DNA from: Promethearchaeum syntrophicum
GTDB lineage: Archaea; Asgardarchaeota; Lokiarchaeia; Sigyniarchaeales; Promethearchaeaceae
Direction: 5' to 3'
Length of the DNA: 32,000 nt
Assembly (NCBI RefSeq): GCF_008000775.2
Contig: NZ_CP042905.2
Span: forward strand, 3,660,001 to 3,692,000
The notes below the pieces were generated by a model. The model saw nothing but the letters and a program-made list of their open reading frames with translations, was not told where the DNA came from and did not search any database. The position numbers were made by a program, and so were the translations under genes. Position 1 is the first letter of the stretch. The number at the start of each line of letters is the position of its first letter. This document shows positions 19,325-29,467 of the stretch, piece after piece.

Positions 19325-19933
19325 TTGAAATTGATGACTATTGAAATTGACGATTCTGGAACTGGTGATTTAATCGGATCTGCATTTATTTTATTTTGGA
19401 GACGGGAAACAAATATTCTGATAAAAAAAGAAGTCCCCCTAAAATTATATCAATCGCCTGATTTCAATAATTTGACAAAAGAATACATAAAGAATCTTTT
19501 TATTGAGACTTTTAAAGAGATGGATATTCCAAAAACAGAGGACATCTACTTATGCACTGGAAATTGTTTTGATCTAGCGAGAATTTTTCTAAAAGAAGAA
19601 GAATATAATTATCATGATGCAAAAATTGAGGGATATCTGCAAGATTGTGTTGAACAAACGTACTTAGATCATATCATTGAAGAATATGATGTACCGGCGC
19701 ATCGTGTCTCATTAGAAAGTGGAGCTAAACGGTTTTTTTCATTATTTCATTGGGTTTATCAGGATTTTCCTCGTCGGAAAGCTTTTGTCAAAAGTGGGTT
19801 CCCAAAATGGAAAAGTAAGTGGGAAATCGAAGCAAAGAATAAATGGATGCTTGAGATGGTTAGTAATGAAGAAAAAAGATTATCTGATCCAAAAAGAAAT
19901 TCGTATCGGAAAAAGTGGTCTCACAGAAGATGA
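19325..19933 (+). CDS. Conserved-looking hypothetical protein (N-terminus possibly RNase H-like)
   Basis: 202 aa ORF; N-terminal MTIEIDDSGTGDLIGSAFI hairpin-like motif. Coupled ATGA overlap with the next gene. Confidence 0.7.
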   Translation: MKLMTIEIDDSGTGDLIGSAFILFWRRETNILIKKEVPLKLYQSPDFNNLTKEYIKNLFIETFKEMDIPKTEDIYLCTGNCFDLARIFLKEEEYNYHDAKIEGYLQDCVEQTYLDHIIEEYDVPAHRVSLESGAKRFFSLFHWVYQDFPRRKAFVKSGFPKWKSKWEIEAKNKWMLEMVSNEEKRLSDPKRNSYRKKWSHRR

Positions 19934-20478
19934 GTGAATATCAAAATCTTAAACCTATTTACGCAAGTTCAGCAATGAGAATTTCCAAGATAGGCACAAA
20001 ATTGAAATTTTCTAATATGATTACATATGATTATTTCGATATTGAAAAAGATAATATCTGGAAAAACTATAAAGAATTTTTAAAAAAACCCTCTAATTAT
20101 GAATCTGAACTCCAACTTTACTGGAGTAATCTTCAATCGATTTTAGATGACGAAATTAATAAAATTAATGAAGAAGAAGTGTTTCTCAAAATAATTCATT
20201 GTACAATTCAATTCCGAGATATTTGCCATCCTTATGTGCAATGGATAATTGAATTTGAAGGAAATTCTGTTGAGGGTCAAAATATTTATGAAAACTATGT
20301 AGATGATGAAATCTTGGAATATCCGATTTATTCTTTGTATGTTTTCGAAAAACCATTAGCTGTAACGAAAATATTTACTTCCTTACAGTATAATTTAAGT
20401 GGATCAAACAGGATAATAGAATACTTTGGTGAACCAAATAATAAATTGGATGGCTATGAAGCAATTTTTTTCCAATAA
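19930..20478 (+). CDS. Hypothetical protein, translationally coupled to the upstream gene
   Basis: ORF track starts at GTG 19915; an internal ATG at 19930 overlaps the upstream TGA (ATGA), giving MSEYQNLKPIYASSAM..., a more plausible start. Confidence 0.65.
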   Translation: MSEYQNLKPIYASSAMRISKIGTKLKFSNMITYDYFDIEKDNIWKNYKEFLKKPSNYESELQLYWSNLQSILDDEINKINEEEVFLKIIHCTIQFRDICHPYVQWIIEFEGNSVEGQNIYENYVDDEILEYPIYSLYVFEKPLAVTKIFTSLQYNLSGSNRIIEYFGEPNNKLDGYEAIFFQ

Positions 20479-20502
20479 TTCTACCTTAATTCTATTTTAA
20501 AC

Positions 20503-21381
20503 TTAAAAAACAATTTCTTCTGTATCTTCTTTATTATCTTGATCTTTAGATTTCTTTGAGAATATAGGTAAATAAATTGAAAAGCGGGCATATTCATTTT
20601 CTTTGGAATCAAACTCTATAAATCCATTATGATCTTCTAAGATAACTTGACTAAAAGCCAAACCTAAACCCAATCCTTTATTTTTTTCCATTTCATCAGA
20701 ATAATCTTCTTTTGATTTTTTGGTGGTAAAAAATGGTTCGAAAATGTGAACCTTATCTTTCTCAGGGATACCTATTCCATCATCATAGATTTCTACGACA
20801 GCATAGTCAACACTATCTTTACCTTTTCCAATTGTCTTATTTTTAAAAGAAACTTCAATAAATTTCTTTTTTCTTGGCGTTTTCTTAGTGCCATATTTTT
20901 TATATAAAGAAGATAGAGAATTATCTAAAAGATTAACAAATACTTGTTGAATTTGATCAATTTTTATCAAGCTTTTCGTCTGAACCGCTTCAGCATTAAT
21001 TTTTACTTGAACTTGGTTTTTTACAAAAAGATGGTGCATGAAATTAACGACATTGAGTAATACTTTTTCCAGTTCATTTTCTTGATAGTTTTTAGAGCTG
21101 GATCTTGAAAAATCTTGGAGACTTTTAGTAATATTAGAAACTCTTTTACATTCTTTTATGATCTCATTCAAATTTTCATAATTTTCTGAGGATGGAGCAC
21201 AAAGGACTTTTCCTTCATTATCTATATCGTCTAATATTAAAGCCACCAAATTCTGAATTATCATAATAGGATTGTTAATTTCGTGCGCAATCGAAGAAGC
21301 CATTTTCCCTAGAATGATAAATTTTTCAGAATCAATCATCTTCTGAAAGTAATCGATATCCTCTTTTTTAGTAGATCCCAT
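20503..21381 (-). CDS. Soluble sensor histidine kinase (HisKA + HATPase_c)
   Basis: 292 aa; H-box GKMASSIAHEINNPIMIIQN, N-box IQQVFVNLLDNSLSS, G1 VEIYDDGIGIPE, FEPFFTTKK, G2 NKGLGLGLAFSQVIL. No TM or obvious sensor domain. Confidence 0.92.
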   Translation of the reverse strand: MGSTKKEDIDYFQKMIDSEKFIILGKMASSIAHEINNPIMIIQNLVALILDDIDNEGKVLCAPSSENYENLNEIIKECKRVSNITKSLQDFSRSSSKNYQENELEKVLLNVVNFMHHLFVKNQVQVKINAEAVQTKSLIKIDQIQQVFVNLLDNSLSSLYKKYGTKKTPRKKKFIEVSFKNKTIGKGKDSVDYAVVEIYDDGIGIPEKDKVHIFEPFFTTKKSKEDYSDEMEKNKGLGLGLAFSQVILEDHNGFIEFDSKENEYARFSIYLPIFSKKSKDQDNKEDTEEIVF

Positions 21382-21480
21382 AAACTATATATTCTAATCA
21401 ATACTGGATTTTAAATTTGATACAATCCAAAGTAGGAAAAATAGAAATGAAAAAAACGAAAAAATTTTTGAAAAATTCAT

Positions 21481-22722
21481 TTAAAGTCTTTCGAGAACCG
21501 TTGCCATGGATACTCCACCTCCTCCGCAGAGAGTGGCTAATCCCTTATTCAATTTTTTGTGAATTAATTCATATAGTAAAGTTACCATTATTCTTGCTCC
21601 TGTACATCCAACTGGATGGCCTAATCCGATTCCCGATCCATGAACATTTGTGATATCCCGATTTAAACCAAGACCCTTTTCAACTGCTAAGTATTGACTT
21701 GCAAAAGCTTCATTTAATTCTATGCGTTCAAAATCCCCCATTTTCATGCCTGTTCGTTTAAGAAGATCTTTTACTGCGGGTATAGGACTTTCTCCCATAT
21801 AATAAGGTTCACATGCACCCATTCCCATTCCAGTTATTTTTGCTAATGGTTTTATGCCAAGTGCATCAGCTTTTTCTGCAGACATGATAATCATAGCTGC
21901 TGCCCCATCATTTATTCCCGAACTATTTCCTGCGGTAACTGTTCCAACTTTTGGTATAAAAGCAGGTCGAAGAGATGCTAATTTCTCCATTGTTAAGCCA
22001 GGTCTAAAATGTTCATCTTTATCAAAAACAAATTCCTTTTTTCGGGTTTGAATGTGAACCGGAACGATTTCATCACTAAATAATCCTTCAACATTTGCTC
22101 GTTCAGCTTGGTTATGAGATTTTAAAGCTACCTCATCTTGTTGTTCACGAGTAAATCCATGTTTCTGAGCTAAAAATTCTGCAGTCACCCCCATAATATA
22201 AGGTTTACCACGGTAGTAATCATCTTTAAAATCGCCTGTTCCATCTTTCGGAAAAGGAACGAAATGACTACCACCATGTAAACCGTGGAGTAACCCATCT
22301 TTTAAAGTTACATCTTTTAGTCGTCCGCCCCATCTTGTTTCTTCATTAATGTAGGGGACATTTGACATAGATTCAACGCCTCCTGCTAAGACTATATCAG
22401 AAAATCCTGCCTGAATTTGCCACATTCCTGATAAAACTGATTCCATTGCACTAATACATACTCGATTGATCGATACAGCGGGGACGGAAAACGGAATTTC
22501 TGCTAACATGGAACTAACTCGAGCAATATTTAACGAATCAATTGGTTCAAAACAATTACCAAACCTAACATCTTGGATCAATTTCGGATCGATATTTGCC
22601 CTTTTAATTGCTTCTTTCATTACGATCGCACCTAAATTGGGGGCTTTTATCGTTTTTAAAGATCCTCCGAAAGCACCAATTGCCGTACGACATGCACTAA
22701 CAATTACAACATCTTTTACCAT
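21481..22722 (-). CDS. Acetyl-CoA C-acetyltransferase (thiolase)
   Basis: Preferred start at 22722 (MVKDVVIVSACRTAIGAFGGSL); the ORF track extends to 22815 with a non-homologous leader. Nucleophile region SINRVCISAMESVLSG, NEAFASQ, GSGIGLGHPVGCTGARI, GLATLCGGGG. Confidence 0.95.
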   Translation of the reverse strand: MVKDVVIVSACRTAIGAFGGSLKTIKAPNLGAIVMKEAIKRANIDPKLIQDVRFGNCFEPIDSLNIARVSSMLAEIPFSVPAVSINRVCISAMESVLSGMWQIQAGFSDIVLAGGVESMSNVPYINEETRWGGRLKDVTLKDGLLHGLHGGSHFVPFPKDGTGDFKDDYYRGKPYIMGVTAEFLAQKHGFTREQQDEVALKSHNQAERANVEGLFSDEIVPVHIQTRKKEFVFDKDEHFRPGLTMEKLASLRPAFIPKVGTVTAGNSSGINDGAAAMIIMSAEKADALGIKPLAKITGMGMGACEPYYMGESPIPAVKDLLKRTGMKMGDFERIELNEAFASQYLAVEKGLGLNRDITNVHGSGIGLGHPVGCTGARIMVTLLYELIHKKLNKGLATLCGGGGVSMATVLERL

Positions 22723-22884
22723 TTTTTCACACTTTTTATATTTTAATAAGAAATTTTTATAGATATTTGAAGATATATTTTTGCTTATTTTAAAGAATAT
22801 AAACCTTTTTTTCAAAATAACATAGAAATGTTATTAATGCAAAATGTTAGAAATTATATAAGTAATAAGGAACTGAGATAGTCA

Positions 22885-25800
22885 ATGCCCGAAACTAAAA
22901 AAAAAATTAGCAAGAAAAAGAAATTACCAAGTTCTAAATCTAAAAATTTTGGTGGTTTGGATAGTTTTATTAGCGGGAAACAAAAAAAGACTGCAAAAAA
23001 AACAAAAACATCCAGTTTGAAAAAAACCAAGAAAAAAATTCCAATAAAAGAAGAAAAAGAAAAAAAAAACGAGAGTAGAAATAAAATTAGTGAGAAACGA
23101 GATGTAAATTTTAAAGGATCTTTAACTCCATCAAAGAAAACAAAAAAAAAAACCAAACCAATTGAAAAAAAACAAGAATTAGATAAGGGAAATTTAGAAT
23201 CTGAGAAAATTGATAAGGAAAATGGAAAATCATTAGAGAAGAAGTATTTTCAAAAAAATTCTGATCCGATAGGGGATGCACAATTCACATTTCTTAAAAG
23301 AGAAAGCCGAGAGCAACAAAAATCTTGGCACTTGCGATTTTTATCTAAAGAAAAAGATATTATTCAAGATATGGAAAAGGGAATTCTATTAACCGTTGAT
23401 TATGATGGCGGTTTTAATAAAGCATTTGCTAAATTTTTTGACCTTTCTGACAATTCTATTAAAATTTGGATTGATACTACCAATCACGAACCATATTGCT
23501 ATCATACGGATGAAAAAGCAGATATTGAAAACGCTCTCTCAGGTTTTGAAGGATTTACAAAAATTGAAGAAGTCAAAAAATTCGATCTGTTGGAAGATAA
23601 ATTAATTGATATACGGAAAATTTACGGAATCACACCAACCGACATAGGAGGTGCCAAGGGGATTAGAGAAGAGTTAGGTGGAGCATGGGAAGCAAGAATT
23701 CGTTACCATCATAATTTCATTTATGATAGAAATCTAATACCTGGAATGTTATATAAAATTGATAAAGGGAAAATTATTCCAATAAACCCTCAAATTGATG
23801 AAAAAATCGAATTAGAATTGCTTAAAGTATTCCAAAATGCTCCAACTGAGATGAAAGAAATGGCTAAACTTTATCAACCAATTTTTTCTTCTCCAACACC
23901 CTCACTATTGCGAATGGCATATGATATCGAGGTTGAGGAATCACCAGATGGGGGTTTACCAAATCCAATGTTAGCAAGAGAAAAGGTGATAAGCATTTCT
24001 TTTGCTGCGACCGATGGTTTGAAAAAAGTTTATTGTCTTGATCGAGATGATCTAAAACCCGGAACTATTCCTGAAAATTTTCCTAAAAATGCAGAATATT
24101 TCTTCTTTAAGAATGAAAGAGAGTTAATCAAAGAATCTTTTCGCTTATTTTGGAAATATCCGATAATCATTACTTTTAATGGTGATAATTTTGATAACAC
24201 ATATTTATTCCATCGCGCACGGAAATTAAAAATAAAGGATGAAGAAAATCCAATCTATTTAAGCCGAGGAGGTGGTATGGTTACTCATAATACAGATTTT
24301 AAACATGCCATTCATATTGACATTTTCCAGTTTTTTGCAAATAGAAGTATTAAAGGATACGCATTTGGAGGTGCATATGTACGAAATTCTTTGGAAGAAG
24401 TCTCCAGTAGTCTTTTAGGATCAGGTAAAATAAAACACGAGGGAATCATGATTGGAGAAATGACCCTTGCAAATTTAATTCACTATAATTTAGTTGACTC
24501 TATTCGAACCTTGGAATTAACTACGTTTAACAATGGGTTAGTATGGAATCTGATCTTTGTTTTAATGAGAATAACTAAATTACCACTTCAAGACATTTTT
24601 CGCTTGCAAATTTCTGCTTGGATAAGATCTCTACTTTATTATGAACATCGTCGAAAGAATTATTTAATCCCTCGAATGAGTGATCTTGAACAAAGAGGAC
24701 ATTTTAGTCGAACAAATACATCTAAATTTCAAGGGGCATATGTTATCGATCCAATTCCAGGCATTCATTTTAAAGTCGCGGTTTTAGATTTTTCAAGCTT
24801 ATATCCTTCTGTTATCAAAACCCGAAATTTATCATATGAGACGGTTAATTGTATTCATCCCACTTGTGAGGATAATATGCTTGAAAACACATCATATTGG
24901 GCATGTACAAAAAAAATTGGGATTTTTGCATATGTTGTTGGTTATTTACGAGATATTCGTGTTAAATGGTATAAACCAATGTCAAGCGATAAATCTTTAT
25001 CTGTTCAGAAACGAGAAGCTGCAAAAGTAATGACAAGTGCTTTAAAGGTGTTCATTAATGGTTGTCTTCCTTATGATGAAGAAGTCATTATTCGAAATAA
25101 GAAAAATCAAATTTTAAGAAAAAAAATTGGTGATTTATCTGAAATATGGCATGATATTGAAATATTATCTATTATTAATGAGAAAAGCAAATTTGGAAAG
25201 AAAATATTTGTTCCAATTAAGGATTTCACGAAAAAGACCGCAAATTCTATTCTTGAAATTACTTTATCTGATGGAAGGAATATAAGATGTACTCCAGAGC
25301 ACATTATACCCAAAGTCGATTATGAACAAAATTTCGCTGAAATTGAAGCAGATAAATTAAAAATTGGAGATAATATATTAGTCCATCATCGAAATCCCCT
25401 TAACGAAGAGCAGAATAATTCAATTTTCATACCTGATATTATAGAAAATGAGGAGTTATGGATTGGACTAGAAAGAGAAGAATATAAAAAACATACGTAT
25501 AGAAAAAATCAAAACACCGAAAATAAAATCATTTCAATAATAAATTCTAAATTCAAATATTCAAAAGTTAGCAAGAAATACAAGTTTCCTTGGAAAAAAT
25601 TAACTTTGGATGAAAAAGAGAGCATTAAAGAAGCAAGTGAAAAAAAATATATTCCTTTTTTAATCAAATATGGAGAAGAAGCAGGAAAATGGAATAACAT
25701 TATTTTCGATCTACAACCGGAATTTTTTGAATTATTGGGTTGGTATATTGCTGAAGGAAATTCAGATAAAAATAGAATAGTTATCACTCAATCAAAAAAA

Positions 25801-27153
25801 TTACATTTAGCGAACTGGAATAAAATTATAAATATTATCGAATCTCTTGGTTATCCTTACTCCCAAGATAACAAAAAAAGAATAAGGATAAATTCAAATA
25901 TAATTAAGGAAATAATAGTTACTTTATGTTCAAAAGGAGCAGAAAAGAAAAGAATACCATTAGAGATTCTAAATATTGAACGTGCAAAACTATTATTAGA
26001 ATCCTATTTCAATGGAGATGGAAATTTAACTACTAAAAAAAGGAGAAGATATTCCACAATAAGTACACAATTAAAAAACGATCTAGTATATATTTTAGGA
26101 GCACTAGGAAAATACGTTTCAATACATCTCCCTTCAAACAATGACAATATATTTAGGATAATTGAAACAAAGGGTAAAAAATATAAAAGAAAAAATTATG
26201 GTTTATTAGATTTCAATGGTACCACTCCAGTAAAAATAAAAAATATTACAAAACTTGATGGACAGTTTGACGTTTTTGATATAGAAACTGGTAATGGATG
26301 GTTTGTTACTACTAATGGAATTGTTGTCCATAATTGTTACGGTGTGTTTGGAAGCACTGCTTTCCCTTTATATTTTCGCCCAGTTGCGGAAGCCACAACT
26401 GCAATTAGCAGATTTTCAATTCAACAAACCATTGATAAAGCAAAATCAATGAAAGTTGATGTATTATATGGAGACACAGATTCTGTTTTTCTCCTTGATC
26501 CATCCAAGAAACAGATTGAAGAACTTATTCAATGGTCCACGAACGAATTGGATTTGGATTTGGAGTTAGAAAAAACATACCAATTTTTAGCATTATCAAG
26601 TAGAAAGAAAAATTATATAGGAGTAAGAATGGGTGGTCAACAAGTAGATCTTAAAGGATTAATGGCTAAGAAAGGCAATACACCAAATTTCATTAAAATA
26701 CGGTTTAAAGAAGTCCAAAAAATCCTCACGAAAATAGTAGATATGGAATCTTTCAATGATAATCGGAAAAAAATAATTAAGATTATTAAAAGAACAAATA
26801 GTTTAATTGGGAAATCAGAAGAAAAGGGTGGTTTCAAAATTGAAGATTATGGAATTACAATCGTCTTAAAGAGAAAACTTGCAGATTATACAAAAAGCAT
26901 CCCTCAACACGTTAGAGTTGCAAATATGATGACTGAAGCTGAAAAGAAAGATCTCGGTCCCGGTTCTTTTATAACGTTTATAAAAACTCGAACCCAGGAA
27001 AAAGTGAAACCAATCAATCAGGCTAAAATTAATGATATCGATTATAAAAAGTACAAAGAACTAGTTAGAAGTGCCTTTGAACAAGTATTAGATGCATTGG
27101 ATATAAGTTATGAAGAAATTTTAGGAACGATAAAACTATCAAGCTTTTTTTAA
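22885..27153 (+). CDS. polB: Family B DNA polymerase with in-frame intein and Lys-rich N-terminal extension
   Basis: 1422 aa precursor. Exo I YDIEVEES, Exo II ITFNGDNFD, Exo III-like YNLVDS; motif A DFSSLYPSVI; motif B KVFING|CYGVFG interrupted by the intein; motif C YGDTDS. ~998 aa after intein removal. Confidence 0.95.
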   Translation: MPETKKKISKKKKLPSSKSKNFGGLDSFISGKQKKTAKKTKTSSLKKTKKKIPIKEEKEKKNESRNKISEKRDVNFKGSLTPSKKTKKKTKPIEKKQELDKGNLESEKIDKENGKSLEKKYFQKNSDPIGDAQFTFLKRESREQQKSWHLRFLSKEKDIIQDMEKGILLTVDYDGGFNKAFAKFFDLSDNSIKIWIDTTNHEPYCYHTDEKADIENALSGFEGFTKIEEVKKFDLLEDKLIDIRKIYGITPTDIGGAKGIREELGGAWEARIRYHHNFIYDRNLIPGMLYKIDKGKIIPINPQIDEKIELELLKVFQNAPTEMKEMAKLYQPIFSSPTPSLLRMAYDIEVEESPDGGLPNPMLAREKVISISFAATDGLKKVYCLDRDDLKPGTIPENFPKNAEYFFFKNERELIKESFRLFWKYPIIITFNGDNFDNTYLFHRARKLKIKDEENPIYLSRGGGMVTHNTDFKHAIHIDIFQFFANRSIKGYAFGGAYVRNSLEEVSSSLLGSGKIKHEGIMIGEMTLANLIHYNLVDSIRTLELTTFNNGLVWNLIFVLMRITKLPLQDIFRLQISAWIRSLLYYEHRRKNYLIPRMSDLEQRGHFSRTNTSKFQGAYVIDPIPGIHFKVAVLDFSSLYPSVIKTRNLSYETVNCIHPTCEDNMLENTSYWACTKKIGIFAYVVGYLRDIRVKWYKPMSSDKSLSVQKREAAKVMTSALKVFINGCLPYDEEVIIRNKKNQILRKKIGDLSEIWHDIEILSIINEKSKFGKKIFVPIKDFTKKTANSILEITLSDGRNIRCTPEHIIPKVDYEQNFAEIEADKLKIGDNILVHHRNPLNEEQNNSIFIPDIIENEELWIGLEREEYKKHTYRKNQNTENKIISIINSKFKYSKVSKKYKFPWKKLTLDEKESIKEASEKKYIPFLIKYGEEAGKWNNIIFDLQPEFFELLGWYIAEGNSDKNRIVITQSKKLHLANWNKIINIIESLGYPYSQDNKKRIRINSNIIKEIIVTLCSKGAEKKRIPLEILNIERAKLLLESYFNGDGNLTTKKRRRYSTISTQLKNDLVYILGALGKYVSIHLPSNNDNIFRIIETKGKKYKRKNYGLLDFNGTTPVKIKNITKLDGQFDVFDIETGNGWFVTTNGIVVHNCYGVFGSTAFPLYFRPVAEATTAISRFSIQQTIDKAKSMKVDVLYGDTDSVFLLDPSKKQIEELIQWSTNELDLDLELEKTYQFLALSSRKKNYIGVRMGGQQVDLKGLMAKKGNTPNFIKIRFKEVQKILTKIVDMESFNDNRKKIIKIIKRTNSLIGKSEEKGGFKIEDYGITIVLKRKLADYTKSIPQHVRVANMMTEAEKKDLGPGSFITFIKTRTQEKVKPINQAKINDIDYKKYKELVRSAFEQVLDALDISYEEILGTIKLSSFF
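25063..26334 (+). mobile_element. Intein (~424 aa) with LAGLIDADG homing-endonuclease-type motifs, inserted in polymerase motif B
   Basis: Block A CLPYDEEVII at Cys1; block B GRNIRCTPEHIIP; dodecapeptides LLGWYIAEGN and LLLESYFNGDGN; blocks F/G FDVFDIETGNGWFVTTNGIVVHN followed by Cys+1. Exteins join in frame as ALKVFING|CYGVFGS. Confidence 0.95.
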
Positions 27154-27179
27154 TAATTATTTTTGCTAAATATCCGAAA

Positions 27180-29354
27180 TCATTCAATAATGTTAATACT
27201 ACTAACGAAAATCTTTTTTTTCTTCATAAAATATGCTATTATCCCAGTTACTGCTATAACCGATAGAAATAAAATGATGCTAATTCCAATTGTTAGAATT
27301 TCTTGAGGAGCTGGAGAAATTGTGATAAAAGATGCTCCCGTATATAAAGTTGAATTGTAATTATCCATATAATCAAACGAAACAATTCCATATTGATAAT
27401 CTCCATCTTCTAATTTTAGCTCAACTTCATATTCACAATCCTTGAATTTTGGAATTAAGGGATAATATGTATAATTGTTGAAATCATCCTTGCTAAAGAT
27501 TAGAAACCCATAACAAATTCCAAGCCCGTAATCATTTAAGGTTGTGTTAAAATTAATAAAATCATTTGCTTTGGGTTTATTTGGGGCAATTTGCGTGTCT
27601 TCAATCATTGGGGCTTTATTATCAATTTCCGTATTGACTATACCAGAATAATAAATCATATTATGAGCAGATAACGAATAGTTATACGATCGGCTTCCCA
27701 AGGGAAGTGTAAAAACCATATTTCCTTGTTCATCTGCATTAAAAACCCTATAATGACCATCTTCAGACCATAAAGTCAATTTAGCATTGGGTACGGAAAT
27801 TCCGAATTCAGATTTTATTTGAATAACATATTTTCCCCCTTCATATGCTACAATACCTTCAGGAAATAATGGTGAAAATATTTGTGCGGTCTCAGTATAA
27901 ATGTAAACTGATGGATCTCCCAACAACATATAGGATAGAATAGATTTTCGATCCATTTCAAAATAATCGTAAACTGAAAGGTCTCTATTGAACCAAGAAG
28001 TATTTGCATAAGCTTTCTTAGATTCATACAGAGCTTTTCCTTGTTGAAAATTATTGTTTATAAACATTTCATTGAAAAATAATTTCGTTAATCCCCGATT
28101 AAATTGTTCTAAATAAGTATCGTTAGATAAATACCAAGATAATCGCATTGAACCAATGTATCCAACCGCACCAGTATTTGGTTGATTAATTAAGGTTTCT
28201 CCTAAACTATCCTGAACAGAATAATCATAACTATTAGTAGAACATGCATCAGCAAATATAAATGAAGGCATATTTTGATTCGATAATTGGGGGACATCAC
28301 TTGTTGATAGAACACCTGATGCAGCAAAACTAGTAGGACCCCCGTGTCCAGCATAAACTATAATGGAAGTACCATTGTTTATAGCTTCTAAAGCTGTTGT
28401 TTTTGTTAAGTTCAGAACATTTTCAGAATCTACGGGAGTATAAGCGTAAGTATAGTCCAACATATGCGTCCATTCCATCGAATCATCAACAAAATTATCC
28501 AATATGTATTGGTTAAGAACTCCTTCATCTTCTCCATCCATATCCGATGTAGTAGGGTAATCTGAAATACCAGAGAGTGCCAGATATTTATTCATCCAAT
28601 CCCCCGCATTTATTCCCGCTTCATAATTCATTGTTTTATTGAATATGTCATGTAATTCAGATATATTATCTACGGGAAATCGACCAACATAAACTTCTGG
28701 ATTATAATCTAATTCGGAGATAGATGATGAACTGTTAAAAGCTGAATGCTCTCCCCACTTTCCATCTCCGTCAATATCCCAATTTGATGTTAACTCTGCA
28801 TAATAATAATCTGAGGGTTTTTCATACGGATCTCCAACAGGTTCATTTTCAGGGATCAATAAACTATCAGGATTATAAACATATCGAATAGGAATTAACT
28901 CTGTATCTCCCAATAATAGAATCCATTTTATAGGATAAAGATTATAGTAATATTTAATAGCATTACGGATTTGTTCTGGACCATCTATACCTGCATAATC
29001 AGACCAGTTAGCAACAACTAATGTGGGAATGCCGATTAATTTCTTCCAATCTGCAAAAACTTGCGCTGCCTCCACAAAATTACTATTATCTGGAGATATT
29101 AATAACATTTCATACTGGTTGGGTAGCCATTCTGATTCGTTTCGTATAATTTCGTCTCGTGGAAGCTCTGAAATTATCTTATCTATTTGTGTGGAATCCA
29201 AGGCTTTAACACTACTAATCAATGTGAAAGGAGAAGGACCTAAATTAATTAGCGGAGAAGTGATAAAAACTAGTATTAGAGAAAAAATTATTATTCGATA
29301 AGAGCGACGTCGACTCATTTTTACAAAACCTTTAGTTGAGAAATCCACCAACAC
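27180..29354 (-). CDS. Peptidase C25 (gingipain-like) secreted/membrane-anchored protease
   Basis: 724 aa; signal-like IIIFSLILVFITSPL (possibly starting at the internal MSRRRSYR); WILLLGDTELIPIRYV, EVYVGRFPV, catalytic His IIVYAGHGGPTSF, catalytic Cys FIFADACSTNSYD, GAVGYIGSMRLSW; C-terminal TM ILTIGISIILFLSVIAVTGIIAYFMKKKK. Confidence 0.9.
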   Translation of the reverse strand: MLVDFSTKGFVKMSRRRSYRIIIFSLILVFITSPLINLGPSPFTLISSVKALDSTQIDKIISELPRDEIIRNESEWLPNQYEMLLISPDNSNFVEAAQVFADWKKLIGIPTLVVANWSDYAGIDGPEQIRNAIKYYYNLYPIKWILLLGDTELIPIRYVYNPDSLLIPENEPVGDPYEKPSDYYYAELTSNWDIDGDGKWGEHSAFNSSSSISELDYNPEVYVGRFPVDNISELHDIFNKTMNYEAGINAGDWMNKYLALSGISDYPTTSDMDGEDEGVLNQYILDNFVDDSMEWTHMLDYTYAYTPVDSENVLNLTKTTALEAINNGTSIIVYAGHGGPTSFAASGVLSTSDVPQLSNQNMPSFIFADACSTNSYDYSVQDSLGETLINQPNTGAVGYIGSMRLSWYLSNDTYLEQFNRGLTKLFFNEMFINNNFQQGKALYESKKAYANTSWFNRDLSVYDYFEMDRKSILSYMLLGDPSVYIYTETAQIFSPLFPEGIVAYEGGKYVIQIKSEFGISVPNAKLTLWSEDGHYRVFNADEQGNMVFTLPLGSRSYNYSLSAHNMIYYSGIVNTEIDNKAPMIEDTQIAPNKPKANDFINFNTTLNDYGLGICYGFLIFSKDDFNNYTYYPLIPKFKDCEYEVELKLEDGDYQYGIVSFDYMDNYNSTLYTGASFITISPAPQEILTIGISIILFLSVIAVTGIIAYFMKKKKIFVSSINIIE

Positions 29355-29467
29355 GTAATATATCCAAAAAATTATTGATTTAAATATTCACCGATTATAA
29401 AACCATACAATTCCTTTATTAAAATCAAAAATTTTTAATTTTTAGGTTGATTTTATAAATTAGAGAT

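Noticed and set aside
22854-23156. 100 aa minus-strand Phe-rich ORF
   Set aside because: Antisense of the Lys-rich PolB N-terminus (AAA/AAG read as TTT/CTT); a compositional artefact.
25107-25787. Minus-strand ORFs inside the intein region, considered as a separate nested gene
   Set aside because: The intein reads through in frame on the plus strand with all splicing blocks; the antisense ORFs have no motif.
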